DNA of 64,000 nucleotides from Octopus sinensis. Its lineage: Eukaryota. The notes under the pieces were generated by a model. The model had not been told where the DNA came from, did no database searches, and saw only the letters and a program-made list of their open reading frames with translations. Shown here in pieces: positions 11,048-24,072 of the stretch. Within the stretch, counting starts at the first letter, position 1. Each line of letters opens with the position of its first letter. A program made the position numbers and the translations under genes. The DNA is taken from the NCBI RefSeq assembly GCF_006345805.1, contig NC_043010.1, positions 35,092,001 through 35,156,000 on the forward strand, read 5' to 3'.

Positions 11048-13087
11048 GCTCTGTGATCAAACGTAGGCTGACAAGGAAGGTAATCTTTGCATGTTACAGA
11101 TACACTGGAATAGTTAATAGTAAGAGTACAGATGACATTATTGCTTTCAAATGCTTCAATGGCTTGTTAGATGTAGGTCATGGCTTCTACTATCTAAGCA
11201 ACCTAGTAAACAGGGAAAATGAAAGTTTTGAAAGCATAGTTATCTGGAAGTTATTATCTCTGCTAGAAACAAACAGCGTCTCTCTCTCTTGCAATGAAGG
11301 ACAGATTGTATAATGCTTGTATACTAAGTATAAGCAGAAGTAATGGTTCCCTGTACCACATGGTACACCCTGTACCACGGTACATTCACAGACACATGTG
11401 TATGTGAGAGGGACAGAGAGAGAGAGTGCGTGTATGTGTGTGTGTTAATATGTGAAGTATGATACTACATTGTAGCGTGATGGGGACCTTGAATGCAGAG
11501 TATATGCGAAGGCTGGAAAGAAATAAAGCGAACTGTTCTTTTGGACGAGTATTGTTAGTGTATCAGTTATTCTTTCACTGGTGTCAAACATTGGACTGCG
11601 ACCTTGCTAGAGCACCGCCTTCAAAGGTTTTAGATAAACATATCAACCTTAATCTGGTACTTATTTTATAGATCTCTATTGGATTGTTAACGTAAATAGG
11701 GCACTGATTTGCACCACCAAGTACAGATACTGACAAGCTCACACACACACACAAGCACAAACAAAATATTTTTTCAGTGGAATTCATGCTTCCATGAATG
11801 AGAATTATGCGCCTGAAATTATTCCTTTGGGAATTTCACCTAACATTTCAGCGACCATCATAACGCTTTTAAAGTTTTCTTCATTACTATCATTCATGAG
11901 CATTTCTTTAGTTATTGTTAATGCTGTCATACATCCTTTCCCAGAAGGAATTCACTAAGGCTGTTTGCATTTGGTACTCAGAACTAAAGCACCGTATGAA
12001 GTTATAGTATTGTACGTTCTGAGTTCAAATCTCACCGATGTCAATTTTACCTTTCAATTTTTTTCGAGGTCATTAAAATAAAGTGGCAGTCAAATACTAT
12101 ACTCCACTGAAAATCTCTGGGCTTGTGCCGAAATCGGAAACAATTATTTTCAGCACAATCAATTAAATTAGAAGTGAGACTCGTGTATGACATTCAATAG
12201 TGCACTACTATCCATACACGTAAAGGTTTGGATCTTAGTTATTTGTCAAGTCAAATAATGCCTTTATGATATAAGCTTACAACAACTTTTATTTCGTACA
12301 TATATAACCGTCATAATGCTTTCAAAGAGTTGAAATCGTCTGAGAAAGGACTGTAATGTATGATCAAATGTAACAAGTCCCCAATGTGATGATGGTGGTC
12401 GTCACTAATTTCATGTGAGTGTTCTGTGACAGCCTGTGTAAAGAAAGTCAGAAGGCAGAGTATATATATAACATAAAGATTTATTTTTGAAGGGTAACAA
12501 GTACTCGCAAGAAGCAATAAGAATTAACTTTTTAGTTTGTGTGTGACTGCTAAACAAATGCTGTAGCGAAACATGAAGAAATTCGCATGACTTAACGATT
12601 TATTTCATTTGGGTGGCTTATATACTGCAGAATGAAAACAGATACCAATGAAATGAGTTGCGCGACCTTGGTGGTGTACCCTGTAAGGGTGGGCCGTTAA
12701 TGCTGCAGCTCTCTAAACTGGTGGTGAACATAGATGTACCATGTTGAAGAAAGAGATGTTGCTTCCTCGCCGTCAAATCCGCAACTCCTTTAGCTATTTG
12801 AAAAAGGTGTGTATACTTCTGAGTGAAAGTTTCCACACGTATCCTTCTGCAGACAGATCTAATTGGATGAAATGACCATCGTACAAGCCACCACGACAAA
12901 ATAGCTCTTTTCTGCTACGCTTTTATAGAATGCGGTCTAGCTGCAACCTTCAGAGAAGTCACCTGGTCAGGAGAGAGGTATCAATAGTATATGATCATTC
13001 CTTATACTTACTATACAATCCAAGTATTTGCCAATAATTTTGTCATGTTTATGCCTTAGCTTCCCAAATACATTTATGACTAAATTG

Positions 13088-13470
13088 TGGAGGCGCAATG
13101 GCCCAGTGGTTAGGGCAGCGGACTCGCGGTCGTAAGATCGCGGTTTCGATTCCCAGACCGGGCGTTGTGAGTGTTTATTGAGCGAAAACACCTAAAGCTC
13201 CACGAGGACCGGCAGGGGATGGTGGTGATCCCTGCTGTACTCTTTCACCACAACTTTCTCTCACTCTTACTTCCTGTTTCTGTTGTACCTGTATTTCAAA
13301 GGGCCGGCCCTGTCACTCTCTGTGTCACGCTGAATATCCCCGAGAACTACGTTAAGGGTACACGTGTCTGTGGAGTGCTCAGCCACTTACACGTTAATTT
13401 CACGAGCAGGCTGTTCCGTTGATTCGGATCAACCGGATCCCTCGTCGTCGTAACCGACGGAGTGCTTCCC
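13088..13470 (+). mobile_element. tRNA-derived SINE, family C, with 12-bp TSD
   Basis: Head GGAGGCGCAATGGCCCAGTGGTTAGG...GGTTTCGATTCCC. TSD ATGACTAAATTG at 13076-13087 and 13471-13482. Decayed copies at ~31700-32020, 51240-51545 and 51790-52090 (minus). Confidence 0.93.
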
Positions 13471-14055
13471 ATGACTAAATTGCCTTTTTTTTCTTTCTTT
13501 CTTTCTTCCTTCCTCTCTTTCTTTCTGTCTTTCTTTTTCACTTTTTGTGAAAACTTCTTTCATTTGAAAGCATTGCATAAAATCTGATGAAAGACTCCCT
13601 GATTACTTTTCAGCAATAAATTTGAGGTGTATTGTAACTTGATCAAACTTACTAACATCTGGCATTTCATAAACGATAATAGAATATCCTGAACGCTTTT
13701 TCCCATCATTTGCTACGCTGTATAAGACAACTTAAGCCGTACTGGACAACAATATATATGCGCAATGAACTCACTCAACAGTTTTTCTTCAAGTCAAGGC
13801 ATATCCTTTGTCTGTTTAATAGCGGAAATTTTATCCAAAATTTCTACAGTTCTCAACGTGACCTAATTGAGCTACATTTACTTGGGCAGTGAACAGTTAA
13901 ATTTCGATTGCAATTTCAAACATTTTCGGCTTTATACTATATGTTGCTTTGTCACACGGAATTTTGTTGTTTGTGTTCGTTTACAGTCTACTAATTTCTT
14001 CATGGTCTGCTGATGACAAGCACTTTTCACCTGCTTCGTAATCTGGTTTATCTGT

Positions 14056-14302
14056 CAAGACGGCGAGCTGGCAGAAACGTTAGCACGCCGGGCGAAATGC
14101 TTAGCAGTATTTCGTCTGTCTTTACGTTCTAGGTTCAAATTCTGCCGAGGTCGACTTTGCCTTTCATCCTTTCGGGATCGATAAATTAAATACCAGTTGT
14201 GTACTTGGGTCGATAAATTAAGTACCAGTTGTGTACTGGAGTCGATCTATTCGACTGAGCCCCTTCCCAAAAATTTCGGGCCTTGTGCCTAGAGTAGAAA
14301 AG
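14056..14302 (+). mobile_element. tRNA-derived SINE, family A, with ~16-bp TSD
   Basis: Head GGCGAGCTGGCAGAAACGTTAGC and B-box GGTTCAAATTC, flanked by AATCTG(G/A)TTTATCTGT. Other copies at ~11960, 32990, 37860(-), 47460, 50820 and 62575. Confidence 0.9.
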
Positions 14303-14447
14303 AATCTGATTTATCTGTTTGTACTTTTCCAAATTTGATATGTTACTATGCACGAACATTATACAAAAATACGTGGAAACTGGTTAAAGCGGTGATTGAT
14401 ATTTTGATTAGGTTGCGTGTTGTTCCTCATATTAAAACTAAGTCGCC

Positions 14448-14448
<1 letters not shown>

Positions 14449-14538
<90 letters not shown>
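14449..14538. repeat. (TA)n microsatellite (one of many: ~5675, 18480, 18845, 19950, 21660, 22865, 23912, 29020, 44940, 47105)
   Basis: Directly visible. Confidence 0.99.
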
Positions 14539-14541
<3 letters not shown>

Positions 14542-14689
14542 TGTAGAGATGGTCGTGTTCTCACGTGGGAAAACCATCTAATAACGACTCCGTCCAGAAG
14601 GCTGGAATAATACATATATGTACCAGAAGGGAAAGAGAGAGACACAATCGAATAGAATGTTTAAGAGATAGATTTTTAGATGGATAGGT

Positions 14690-17238
14690 TGTATTTTCCA
14701 TCTAATGTGATTCCGCACATCAAGTTTTGTTAGTAACCCGGTAAAGAAATACATGGTACAAAGGTGATAACTTTAAATACGTTTATTGTGGTCACATGTA
14801 TATATACATAAGCTGAATGGAAGTGGTTGATGTATAGTTGTTCATATATCTACATGCATCTGCGTGGGTTGTTTGTTAGCTGTTAACCCTGGTGTTAGAA
14901 CCAGTGCAGTGTTGGTGCTGTGTAGATGTTGTTGACGACGTTGATGAGACATCATGGTGGCGACGAAGATGGAGGTTGCCGTAATGTGATCAGTGGTTAG
15001 ACCTTAGAAAGTCTAGAACCAACTAAAGTTGAGACTAGAAGGAGGTGAGTTTTATAGCTGACGGGTAGGCTCAAATGCTTGTTTGGAACAGACTGTCTCA
15101 CGTGACTTATTTGAAGGCTGTGATTGGTTGGGTTGCATATTGGCGCGGGATTAGAGTAAGAGAGATTTTGCGCCAATACCAACCAATCAGAGTGGTAGAC
15201 ATAACGGAATCCAAAAAGCATCCAAAGGTTAGCTGTTACCTGCTGCATTTGTAAGTATGTAATATAAGAAAAGAAGCTCACTAGAGTTCGCTATAGATAG
15301 CCACCCACCACAAGTCATTTTGTGGGAGACGAAATAGACGATAAAGGAAGATATTTCTGTAACGAAGAGGTGATAAAGGTCGCGTAACCAGCAAAACTTG
15401 ATGTGCAAACGTGATGGACCTACGTCCAGCTAAGTGGAAAGCACGGGAATGTGAAAAATCAAGGTGAGAATGAGCAGTGCCAAGAATTTGCCTGTAAAAC
15501 AGTGAGTCGTTTACAGAGGCAAAGGCTGTAGGTGCTACAAAAACGACAGTGACTAACGAGACAAGTCAAGCCATAAAGATGGCGGCAAAAGAAGGAAGTT
15601 CCAATATGTAAGACTTGGTGTTGATCAGACATCAAAGGAAGAAATACATGGAATGCTACGTGATGCAAAGAAAAATGCGTTTATAAGAGGTGGTTTGTAC
15701 GTCCTACAAACCAGAGAAGAAACGCATGACAAAAACACGTAAGGAGCTTTTTTCGGGTGAGAAAAGGCCTGATAAAAACATTCTGCCAGAATAAACGTAA
15801 AAATGTGTCGGAGTGGATAGCATGAGCAGACAGCATGTATGTGTATATGCATGTATGAACGTTGAGAATAAAAAAAAATTAAATATGAACAAGACATTTA
15901 ACAATCAAAAGAGGAACAAGAAGGAAGAACGTTCAGCATAGAAAGGTGTCCATCAAATAGAACAAAGCATATATATATACAAAGATACAGAGAGAAAATG
16001 TGAATGTGGTGTCTATAGTAGCATAAGTCTATTCTCCGGAGCAGTCACTTGCGAGGGAAAGATAAGAAATGTAAATATCTGAGACAATTTCTTCGGCTAA
16101 TGAACCGATCTGCCAGAACATGTCCGTGTTTATGTAGTTGGTGTTTTGGTGAGTGGAGGTGGTGCTTGTGTGGGTGGCAGTGTTTGTGGAATGATGGTGT
16201 CAGCAAGTGGCATAAATGTTTCGGAAAAGGCTTTTTTTTTTATTCTGTCAAAAGAACAGTCTCTTTTTTTTCCATGAATGTCCACAGTGAACAGTTTCAG
16301 TGTGCTTCTAAGAAGGCGATAGGGGGCAGTGTAGGGAGGTATGAGCGGTCCCTTGATGGTATCATTTCTAACAAACACGTGAGCCCAGCTAGAAATATCC
16401 GGAGGAACTACAGAAGAAACAGACAGGTCACGAGGAAGCATTGGTGACAGGTCAGCAAAGAATGACCTGAGTCGCGTGAGTAAGATGTGGGGTCCGCATT
16501 CGGTAAGTCGCCGGGTGTGTAGTGTGTGCTGTGTCATGTCGCTATTTTAGTTGGTTTAGTGGTCTGGAACGTCGTGGACATCATTATAGAAGGATAAATG
16601 TCCATGCTTTGGCAGCATCGGCATTTTAAAAGGATAGATTTTTCACGTCGGAGTTACCATTGGATAAGTTGGATAAGTCCACATTACGTCGGGTCACTAC
16701 TTTGGATGGATATTTGTTCATTATCACGTCGAGGTTACCTCTTTAGATGGATAGGTTGTATTTTCCATCTAATGTGATTCCGCACATCAAGTTTTGCTCG
16801 TAACCCGGTACAGAAATACATGGTACAAAGGTGATAATTTTAAATACATTGTATATATACACAAGCTGAATGGAAATGGTTGATGTATAGTTGTTCATAT
16901 ATCTACATGCATCTGCGTGGGTTGTTTGTTAGCTGTTAACCCTGGTATTAGAACCAATGCAGTGTTGGTGCTGTGTAGATGTTGTTGACGACGTTGATGA
17001 GACATCATGGTGGCGACGAAATTGGAGATCGCTGTAATGTGGTCAGTGGCTAGACCTTAAAAAGTCTAGAACCAACTGACTTTGAGACTAGAAGGAGTTG
17101 AGTTTTATAGCTGACGGGTAGGCTCGAATGCTTGTTTGGAACAGACTGTCTCACGTGGCTTATTTGAAGGCTACGATTGATTGGGTTGCATATTAGCGAG
17201 CAATAGAGTAAGAGAGATTTTGCACCAATACCAACCAA
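14690..17238 (-). mobile_element. Internally deleted Gypsy/Ty3-type LTR retrotransposon
   Basis: ~500-bp direct repeats at 14690-15190 and 16743-17238. On the minus strand the lower copy shows CCAAT boxes, CTATAAAA and AATAAA in LTR order. tRNA-Trp PBS motifs lie directly 3' of the upper repeat. Integrase C-terminal ORF 16130..16537 (HVFVRNDTIKGPLIPPYTAPY..L..FTVDIHGK....SFDRIK). gag, PR, RT and RH are absent. Confidence 0.85.
16644..16739 (-). promoter_or_regulatory. Three tandem degenerate tRNA-Trp primer-binding sites
   Basis: Minus-strand reads GGTAACCTCGACGTGAT (16723-16739), TAGTGACCCGACGTAAT (16683-16699) and TGGTAACTCCGACGTG (16644-16659), versus the consensus TGGTGACCCCGACGTGAT. Confidence 0.75.
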
Positions 17239-18478
17239 GACTTAAGACTTAAACACATGCATCCTAATCCTCCAAAGAAGTTTTTCCATGGACTAATATT
17301 GAACTCTAAAAGCATAAAGACACTACAATGTATTGGTATACTTATTTATTAATTTTTGTATAAATTTACTATTTTTTTTGAAAAAAACATTGTAAATTTC
17401 TATTTTCCCCCCTTTCTCAATTTAAAAAATAATTTTCCCTTCCAAATCTTGAAAATTTGCTTTGCATTGAGGACCGGTTTGATTTCTTTTTTAATTTTTC
17501 ATACACCCATTTTTATTAAAATTTACTTTCAATTTAGCATTCTTTCCTTATTATTTTTTCCTCTCCTATCATTTCTCCACGTGCGGTTAACACAACCCAC
17601 TATTTACTGACTTATATATATATAGCATCCATGCCAGTGCCACATAACATCACCTGTTCTGGTGTCACGTAAAAATTCCAATGCTAGTGCCATATAACAG
17701 TGGCTGTACTGGTGCCACATGAAAGGGGGTAGGTACTGGAAGGATGGGTTGTAGGGATAGCAATTCAGAAATATGAATACATACATGTATTTACCAAATT
17801 ATCTGTCTCGGTAGCTATTCAAGTTCCTCCCTAGCTCTCATCATGTAGTATGAAAAAAATCTATATTAGTCAATTAGTAAAAGTACAGCTAGTACAATAG
17901 ACATCTCTAGACAAGTTACTTACCAAAGTAATGATAAGAGAATGAAAAAAATTAATCAACAAGATTGTACACTGGTTGGCTTAGGAAAATATAATGATTG
18001 TGTAAGTCAGAGAAACTACTGTCATGACAAGTAACATTTAAGTTTGTTTCTCTCATCACTACTTCAGCCAGTATCATAACGTCTATGTATCAGTGATGAG
18101 GTCAGAACAGGACCAAAATATGTTGGGAGTTATCTCCCATACCAAACAAATCAATGGAAATAATGACTAATGCTGATAATTTTCCTCACCATATACTTAT
18201 TGTTAGCATTTTAATGCTTCCTGCATTAAATATGCTAACATTTACATAATGATTGCTTTTCTTTGGGGTGGCATCTGAATTGTTATTATCTTTCTGTTTG
18301 TCTATGCAGTTGCCTATTTACCTGTCTACCTGCATACCTGTTTGCCAGCCTGTTTATGTATGCATGTATGTACATATGTATGTACGTATGTACCTACCTA
18401 CCTACCTACCTACCTACGTATAGATAGATGATTTAGTAGGTCGGTAGATTATCTACCTACTAAATCATCTACACAAAG

Positions 18479-18532
<54 letters not shown>

Positions 18533-18842
18533 CAAAGCTGCAAATATAAACTAGAGTGTAAGGAGTGTTGTGATGGTGTGAGTTTGAAATAATTTTATGA
18601 TGTTTAAAAAAATTATTTTATCACTGAAGAACTTTGTTTGAAGAACGTTGTTTGAAAAATGTTCATTTTCTATGTTTTTGTTTTTATGTTCTCGTTCCTC
18701 ATTTTGTCTACGTTTGTTTTTATGCCTTGTACCTATATATGCATGTATATATACATATATATGTAGGCATGTACGTATATATGCATATATTTATATATTA
18801 TTTATATTATTATATGTTCGAACGCCACACATCCTTTCCCAA

Positions 18843-18912
<70 letters not shown>

Positions 18913-18919
18913 GTATATG

Positions 18920-18976
<57 letters not shown>

Positions 18977-19059
18977 TATATATATGTATATATATGTATA
19001 TATATATATGTATATATATATAATATATATATGTATATGTGTGTGTGTGTAATGTCAGT

Positions 19060-19935
19060 GTGCATACTCAACAGAGTGTAAGTACCTTGAGAGAAATGTC
19101 GGACCTAAGAAGCATCAGATGTGGTATGCAAGAGAGACGACTGCGCTGGTATGGCTATGTGACGAGAATGGATGTAGATAACTGTGTGAAAAAGTGGTGT
19201 CACACCTTGCGGTTGAGGGAACCTGTGAAAGAGGTAGAATCAGGAATACCTGGGATGACCTTCGAACATTGGGCCTCACCGAGGCAATAACTAGTGACTG
19301 GGATTTGGAAATATGCTGTGCTTGAGAAAACTCGGCAAGCCAAGTGAGACCATAACCTTGTGGCCTATGCCAGGGGTGTAACAAGCCCACTTATGCTACC
19401 TTTCCTTCATTTGACACTAAACTCTGCTTGCAAAGACCTGTTGAGGCAAGTGAAATCAAAATCGAAATCAAATTCGATGACTGGCATCCGTGCTAATTGA
19501 GCGCTACGAGTACCATCCAAGAGTGATCGTTGCCAGAGCAACAAACTGGCTTCCGTGCCAGTGGCACATAAAAAGCACCATTCAAGCGTGATCATTACCT
19601 GCATCGCCTGTGCTGGTGGCACGTAAAAGAAACATTAGAGCGAGGTTGTTGCCAGGGCCGCTGGATTGGCTCCTGTGCAGGTGGCACATAAAAAGCATCA
19701 TTTGAGCATGGCCATTGCCAGTACCGCTTGACTGGCCCTCGGGCCAGTGGCACATAAGAGCACCCACTACACTCTCGGAGTGGTTGGCATTAGGAAGGGC
19801 ATCCAGCTGTAGAAACTCTGCCAGATTAGATTGAAGCCTGGTGCAGCCATCTGGTTCGCCAGACCTCATTCAAATCGTCCAACCCATGCCAGCATGGAAA
19901 GCGGAGGTTAAACGATGATGATGATGATGATGTGT
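19060..19935 (+). mobile_element. RTE-type LINE 3' end with long, internally repetitive 3' UTR and (GAT)n tail
   Basis: ORF piece 19039..19290 (QERRLRWYGYVTRMD) followed by a UTR with repeated TGGCAC(G/A)TAAAAAGCACC units. The same UTR occurs at 55215-55770 and 60060-60690, with shorter copies at 40890-41165, 42270-42455(-), 45020-45280, 60790-61090(-) and 61400-61650. Confidence 0.85.
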
Positions 19936-19936
19936 A

Positions 19937-19999
<63 letters not shown>

Positions 20000-20530
20000 T
20001 TAAATCCTTGTGGGTCTCTGTCTGTGTGTGTGGGGGGGGTGTATGTGTGTCTTTATGTCTGTCTCTCTGTAACTCAACAAAGGAGATTAATAATACTAGG
20101 CTTAAAAATTAATTCAGAGTTAAGATAAGCATAAAAACAAAGTACAAAATAATTATTCTCTTACTTCAATTCACAAAAAAAAATAAAAGATGATATAAGA
20201 GTTTTATTTTTTATCCTTTGAATCAACAGTTGCTTGGGCTCTTACAGCTGAAATGGTGTTGGACAGAAAGAGCCAACTTATGGTTGTAACTGTTAATGAT
20301 TAAAAAAAGCAAATTTTAAAATTATAAGAACTTGTGGCGTGGCTGTGTATCTAAGAAACTCACTTTACAACTATTTTGGTTTAAAGTTCAATCCCACAAC
20401 TGCAGTGCCTTGGCCAGGTGTCTTCTAAGGTAGCATTAGGCCAACCCATACCCTGTGAGTGAAATATACATCATACATATGCATACATCATACATATGCA
20501 TACATCATACATATGCATACATCATACATA

Positions 20531-20569
<39 letters not shown>

Positions 20570-20571
<2 letters not shown>

Positions 20572-21664
20572 CACTCTCAACTCCATTGTTGGTAAATCAT
20601 TCTGCATTAGTTGCATAATGTAGCAGGTCTTGTTCACTGCTTACCACATACTCTCACGTTTCTTCTTTCTCTGTTGGTGCACTCATGTATGTTAATCAGG
20701 CCACGTTCACCATTACACCTCTTCATGCTCAGCCTGTCTAGGTTCACCTTAAGGTGGAGGGCACCATGTATTGTTATCGTTTTTCAAGTAGTGCAATCGT
20801 GTTGGTCAATCTCTGCTCATGTTCATTTCAGAACGAGTGCACTATAGTGGACTTCAGCATCAGCCCATATGTTGATGGCAGTTACAAGGTTCCTTGCATT
20901 GAGTTTTGACTCCAAGAACAGTTTAAGGTGCTTCAAATATGAAGTGGTGACCTTGTCTTTCATTTTTCTGTGCAAAATATTGTCCAACTCCAGGATTCCA
21001 AAGTACTTGTACCCACCATTATCTGGGTCACCCATTTACTCTCCATTTGGTAGTTCTATACCCCTATAATCTGATTTTTTCCCCATGTATCAAAATGAGC
21101 AAATCACACTTTGAGAAGCCAAATTCCATCCTATATCCTTGCTGCATATCTGTACAGCCTCAACCAGCTCTCCATTTTAGACTCAGTTTTTGTTAAGTTT
21201 TAAATCATCCATAAAGAGATGGTTGAGATGAGCTCTTGTCTTCCTCAGTTTGTTGTGTGCATTGACTTTGTATGGAACTACAGGAAAGTGGGATCAAAGC
21301 TATAACAGATAGCAAAGGTGAACAAGAATCTCCCAGGAAGATACCACTATTTGATTGTTACCTCAGCTAAGTGCTGGTTGTTACAAAAAAGATGTTTTCA
21401 ACTAAGCATGCAGTACTTGATCAGTGCATGCATATTCTCAGCCACTCCACACATGTCAAGTGTTTCTAGAATCTACAAATGCAGCAACATGTCATAAGCC
21501 TTTTTAAAGTCTATCCAGGCCATGCACAAGTTTTTTTTGGTATCGCTTGCAGTTCTTCGTTACAACCTTGCATATCACAAAGTGGACCTTGGTGTCCTTG
21601 GATCCTTTTTGTCATCCCTTTTTGTTCTACTAGGAGTAGATGGTTTCCCACAAAGAACATATAT

Positions 21665-21725
<61 letters not shown>

Positions 21726-22380
21726 GAGCAAAGCGCACCCCCCGTCCAATGGACGGTGCTGAGTTGTCAAACATTTATACCAAATTTTCTCAAAACAACT
21801 TGTCCGACCGTCCCATTTTGTGGAATTATTTCAAGCCAGCTGGCTTTTATTGCGCAAACTGCATGTGCATTTTTCTCGCGTACACGTAGTATCGATCGCA
21901 ACAGCTGATGTACTTGCACATACAAATGCACGTTCCCACGGCTTTATCGATCGCATTCTCACCTGGAATTGATTTTTGTAATTTTTTCAAGACTTTTACA
22001 CGCCTTGATACCATCGGTATCTACATATCAAATCTGAGTGCAATCGGATGGAGGATGCCCGAGATCCTAGAAGACACACGCACAGATAGACAGAATAGAT
22101 TTTATATAATAAATATTCTCTGCAAGGATGCCTGTTAACACTTCCCATAAGAGGTTAAGACAAGCAATGGGCAGGTAATTGCCAACCCCATTGCCCTTCC
22201 ACTGATCTTTCATCAACAATGTTGTCTTTCCCTCCACAATCCATTCCAGAACAGACCCACTCTGTATGCAACTGTCTAATTGCAAAGCAATTCATTTGAC
22301 ATTGACCTAAACCACTTAAGCCAGTAGCCTTGGATTATATTAGGTCCTGCTGCTCTGCAGTCTGGCAGTTTTGATACCTG
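20570..22380 (-). mobile_element. R4/Dong-like non-LTR retrotransposon RT remnant, interrupted by (TA)n and a non-autonomous Helitron
   Basis: YKYFGILE...SKLNARNLVTAINIWA (20823..21035), HLNHLFMDDLKL (~21190-21230), GKTTLLMKD...NYLPIACLNLLWEVLTGIL (22067..22285) and AAGPNIIQGYWLK (~22330). Confidence 0.8.
21724..22113 (-). mobile_element. Non-autonomous Helitron-like element, family 1, copy 1
   Basis: 5' TATATAAAATCT plus (TGTC/TG)n start, 3' hairpin CCGTCC-att-GGACGG followed by CTCG. Near-identical to 39982-40374. Confidence 0.7.
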
Positions 22381-22862
22381 TATAATTACATCTTCCATAG
22401 TTGTGTGTTGTTGTTGTTGTTGTTGTTTCTATTGTTGTAAAAAGTACAATGAGGAGTTTTCTTTCTTTCATCAATAATGATATTGTAAACCTTGAAAAAC
22501 TGGTATAAAAGTGTTCAAGTAAAAACAAATTGTGTGTGAAAATGTATTTTAGTATTGTTAGTAGTCTTTTTATATCCTGGAATACCTACATCTATCATTA
22601 TAGGAATTCACAGAAGTGGTTGCATATCATTCCCGTTGTACAAATTACAAACCAGTCAGGTTCAGGTATTACTGTGTGCTTAAAAATTTCTTTTTTCAGC
22701 CACTTGCTTTCGGGTTCAGTCCCACTGTGTGTTAATATAGTGTCTTCTTCTGTAGTCTCAAATCAATAAAGCCTTTTGAGTGAATTTGGCAGAGAGAACC
22801 TGAAAGAAGCTAATCAGATGTATGTATACATACATATATATATATTTAGATGTGTGTGTGTG

Positions 22863-22944
<82 letters not shown>

Positions 22945-22979
22945 AAAGTAAAAAAATACAAAAGTAAAAAAGTACAAAC

Positions 22980-23830
22980 TGGGACAAGAACGTGAAACAT
23001 TTAGAAGACGACACAAAAAAAACATGGACGGGACATTCGAAGCCTTCAATCTTCAGTCAAGAACCGGATCATCCTCGCAATTTCGGCTGATTAATCTTGA
23101 GATTGCTCCGACCTGGCCAGCCCCAAAGGAAAATCTAAGCCAAGCGCATTAGATTCCTTGAAGAAAGCCTCGAATGTATACAAAACAAGGACGGAAAACG
23201 GACGATGTTACACGAATAAAAATACAAAAATACGTAAAAACAACAATGATAGCACGAATAAGAATACAAAAATACGTAAAAACAATAATGATAATAATAA
23301 CAACAAAAACAGAACGTCACAGACAAGCGTCTTTTCGACAGGACGAGTAAATTTTTGAGCTGGCGTTAGAAGAGAGCCTTAAGGCTACAGAGAGACAAAA
23401 GAGTGTGTTTTGCCACAACGGCTGCTGGACGCGAAAGGCCAGCAATCGGTGGCTAGTCACGTGAGGGAAAGAGAGCGGAAAAGAGGGTCAGATGAAGAGA
23501 GAAAGAAATATCAATAGGTGAATGAATTATCCTATGTTTATCGTCAGCATGGGAAATTCGTTGAACCGATACCAGGGTAGCAAATTCGCGTCAGAAACAC
23601 GGTTGAAGCGACCTGTCCAAGGGTAGAAACTCCGGGTTCATTTGCAGAAATTTGTGTGTTATATATGAATAAATGAAAGAATGGAGTCGAACGAAGATGT
23701 TAACAAAATTCCTTTACTCTCGACATATGTTTCGAAGACCACATGGTTTCATTCCAAAGGAATAAAGGGTGTATGATGCAATCATCTCATCAGGAAAGAA
23801 AGGGAGCCTCTCTCGGCAACAAGACAAACA
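22980..23830 (-). mobile_element. PLE-derived terminal-repeat region
   Basis: Contains a second copy of the 5.8-kb HHR-bearing repeat (23717-23798) plus A-rich Asn/Lys-type low-complexity sequence with a 42-bp tandem duplication (~23211-23290). Confidence 0.55.
23717..23798 (-). ncRNA. Hammerhead ribozyme motif (second copy of the enlarged-stem-II type)
   Basis: Minus strand reads ctttc-CTGATGA-gatga...tcttc-GAAAC-atat-GTC-gagag, with a palindromic ACATATGT in stem/loop III. Confidence 0.75.
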
Positions 23831-24061
<231 letters not shown>

Positions 24062-24072
24062 GTGTGTGTGTT

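Noticed and set aside
12618-12899. 93-aa ORF in a relatively GC-rich island
   Set aside because: No recognisable domain and no consistent splice or start model in either orientation. Left unannotated.
13088-13165. Functional tRNA gene
   Set aside because: The tRNA-like head continues into a SINE body bounded by a TSD, and no complete cloverleaf or terminator is present.
14842-14955. Perfect Kozak GCCACCATG on the minus strand
   Set aside because: It falls within the duplicated LTR, and the frame closes after 37 codons.
15579-15607. Apparent first coding exon ATGGCGGCAAAAGAAGGAAGTTCCAATAT|gtaaga
   Set aside because: It lies inside the 3' non-coding region of the Gypsy derivative, and no compatible downstream plus-strand exons were found. 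Not excluded without RNA data.
16644-16739. CRISPR-like repeat-spacer pattern
   Set aside because: The context is eukaryotic, there are only three degenerate units and no cas genes, and the units match a tRNA-Trp PBS.
23025-23100. Further hammerhead-like motif (CTGAAGA...TTCGAATGTC)
   Set aside because: It lacks a proper GAAA box and convincing stems in this copy.
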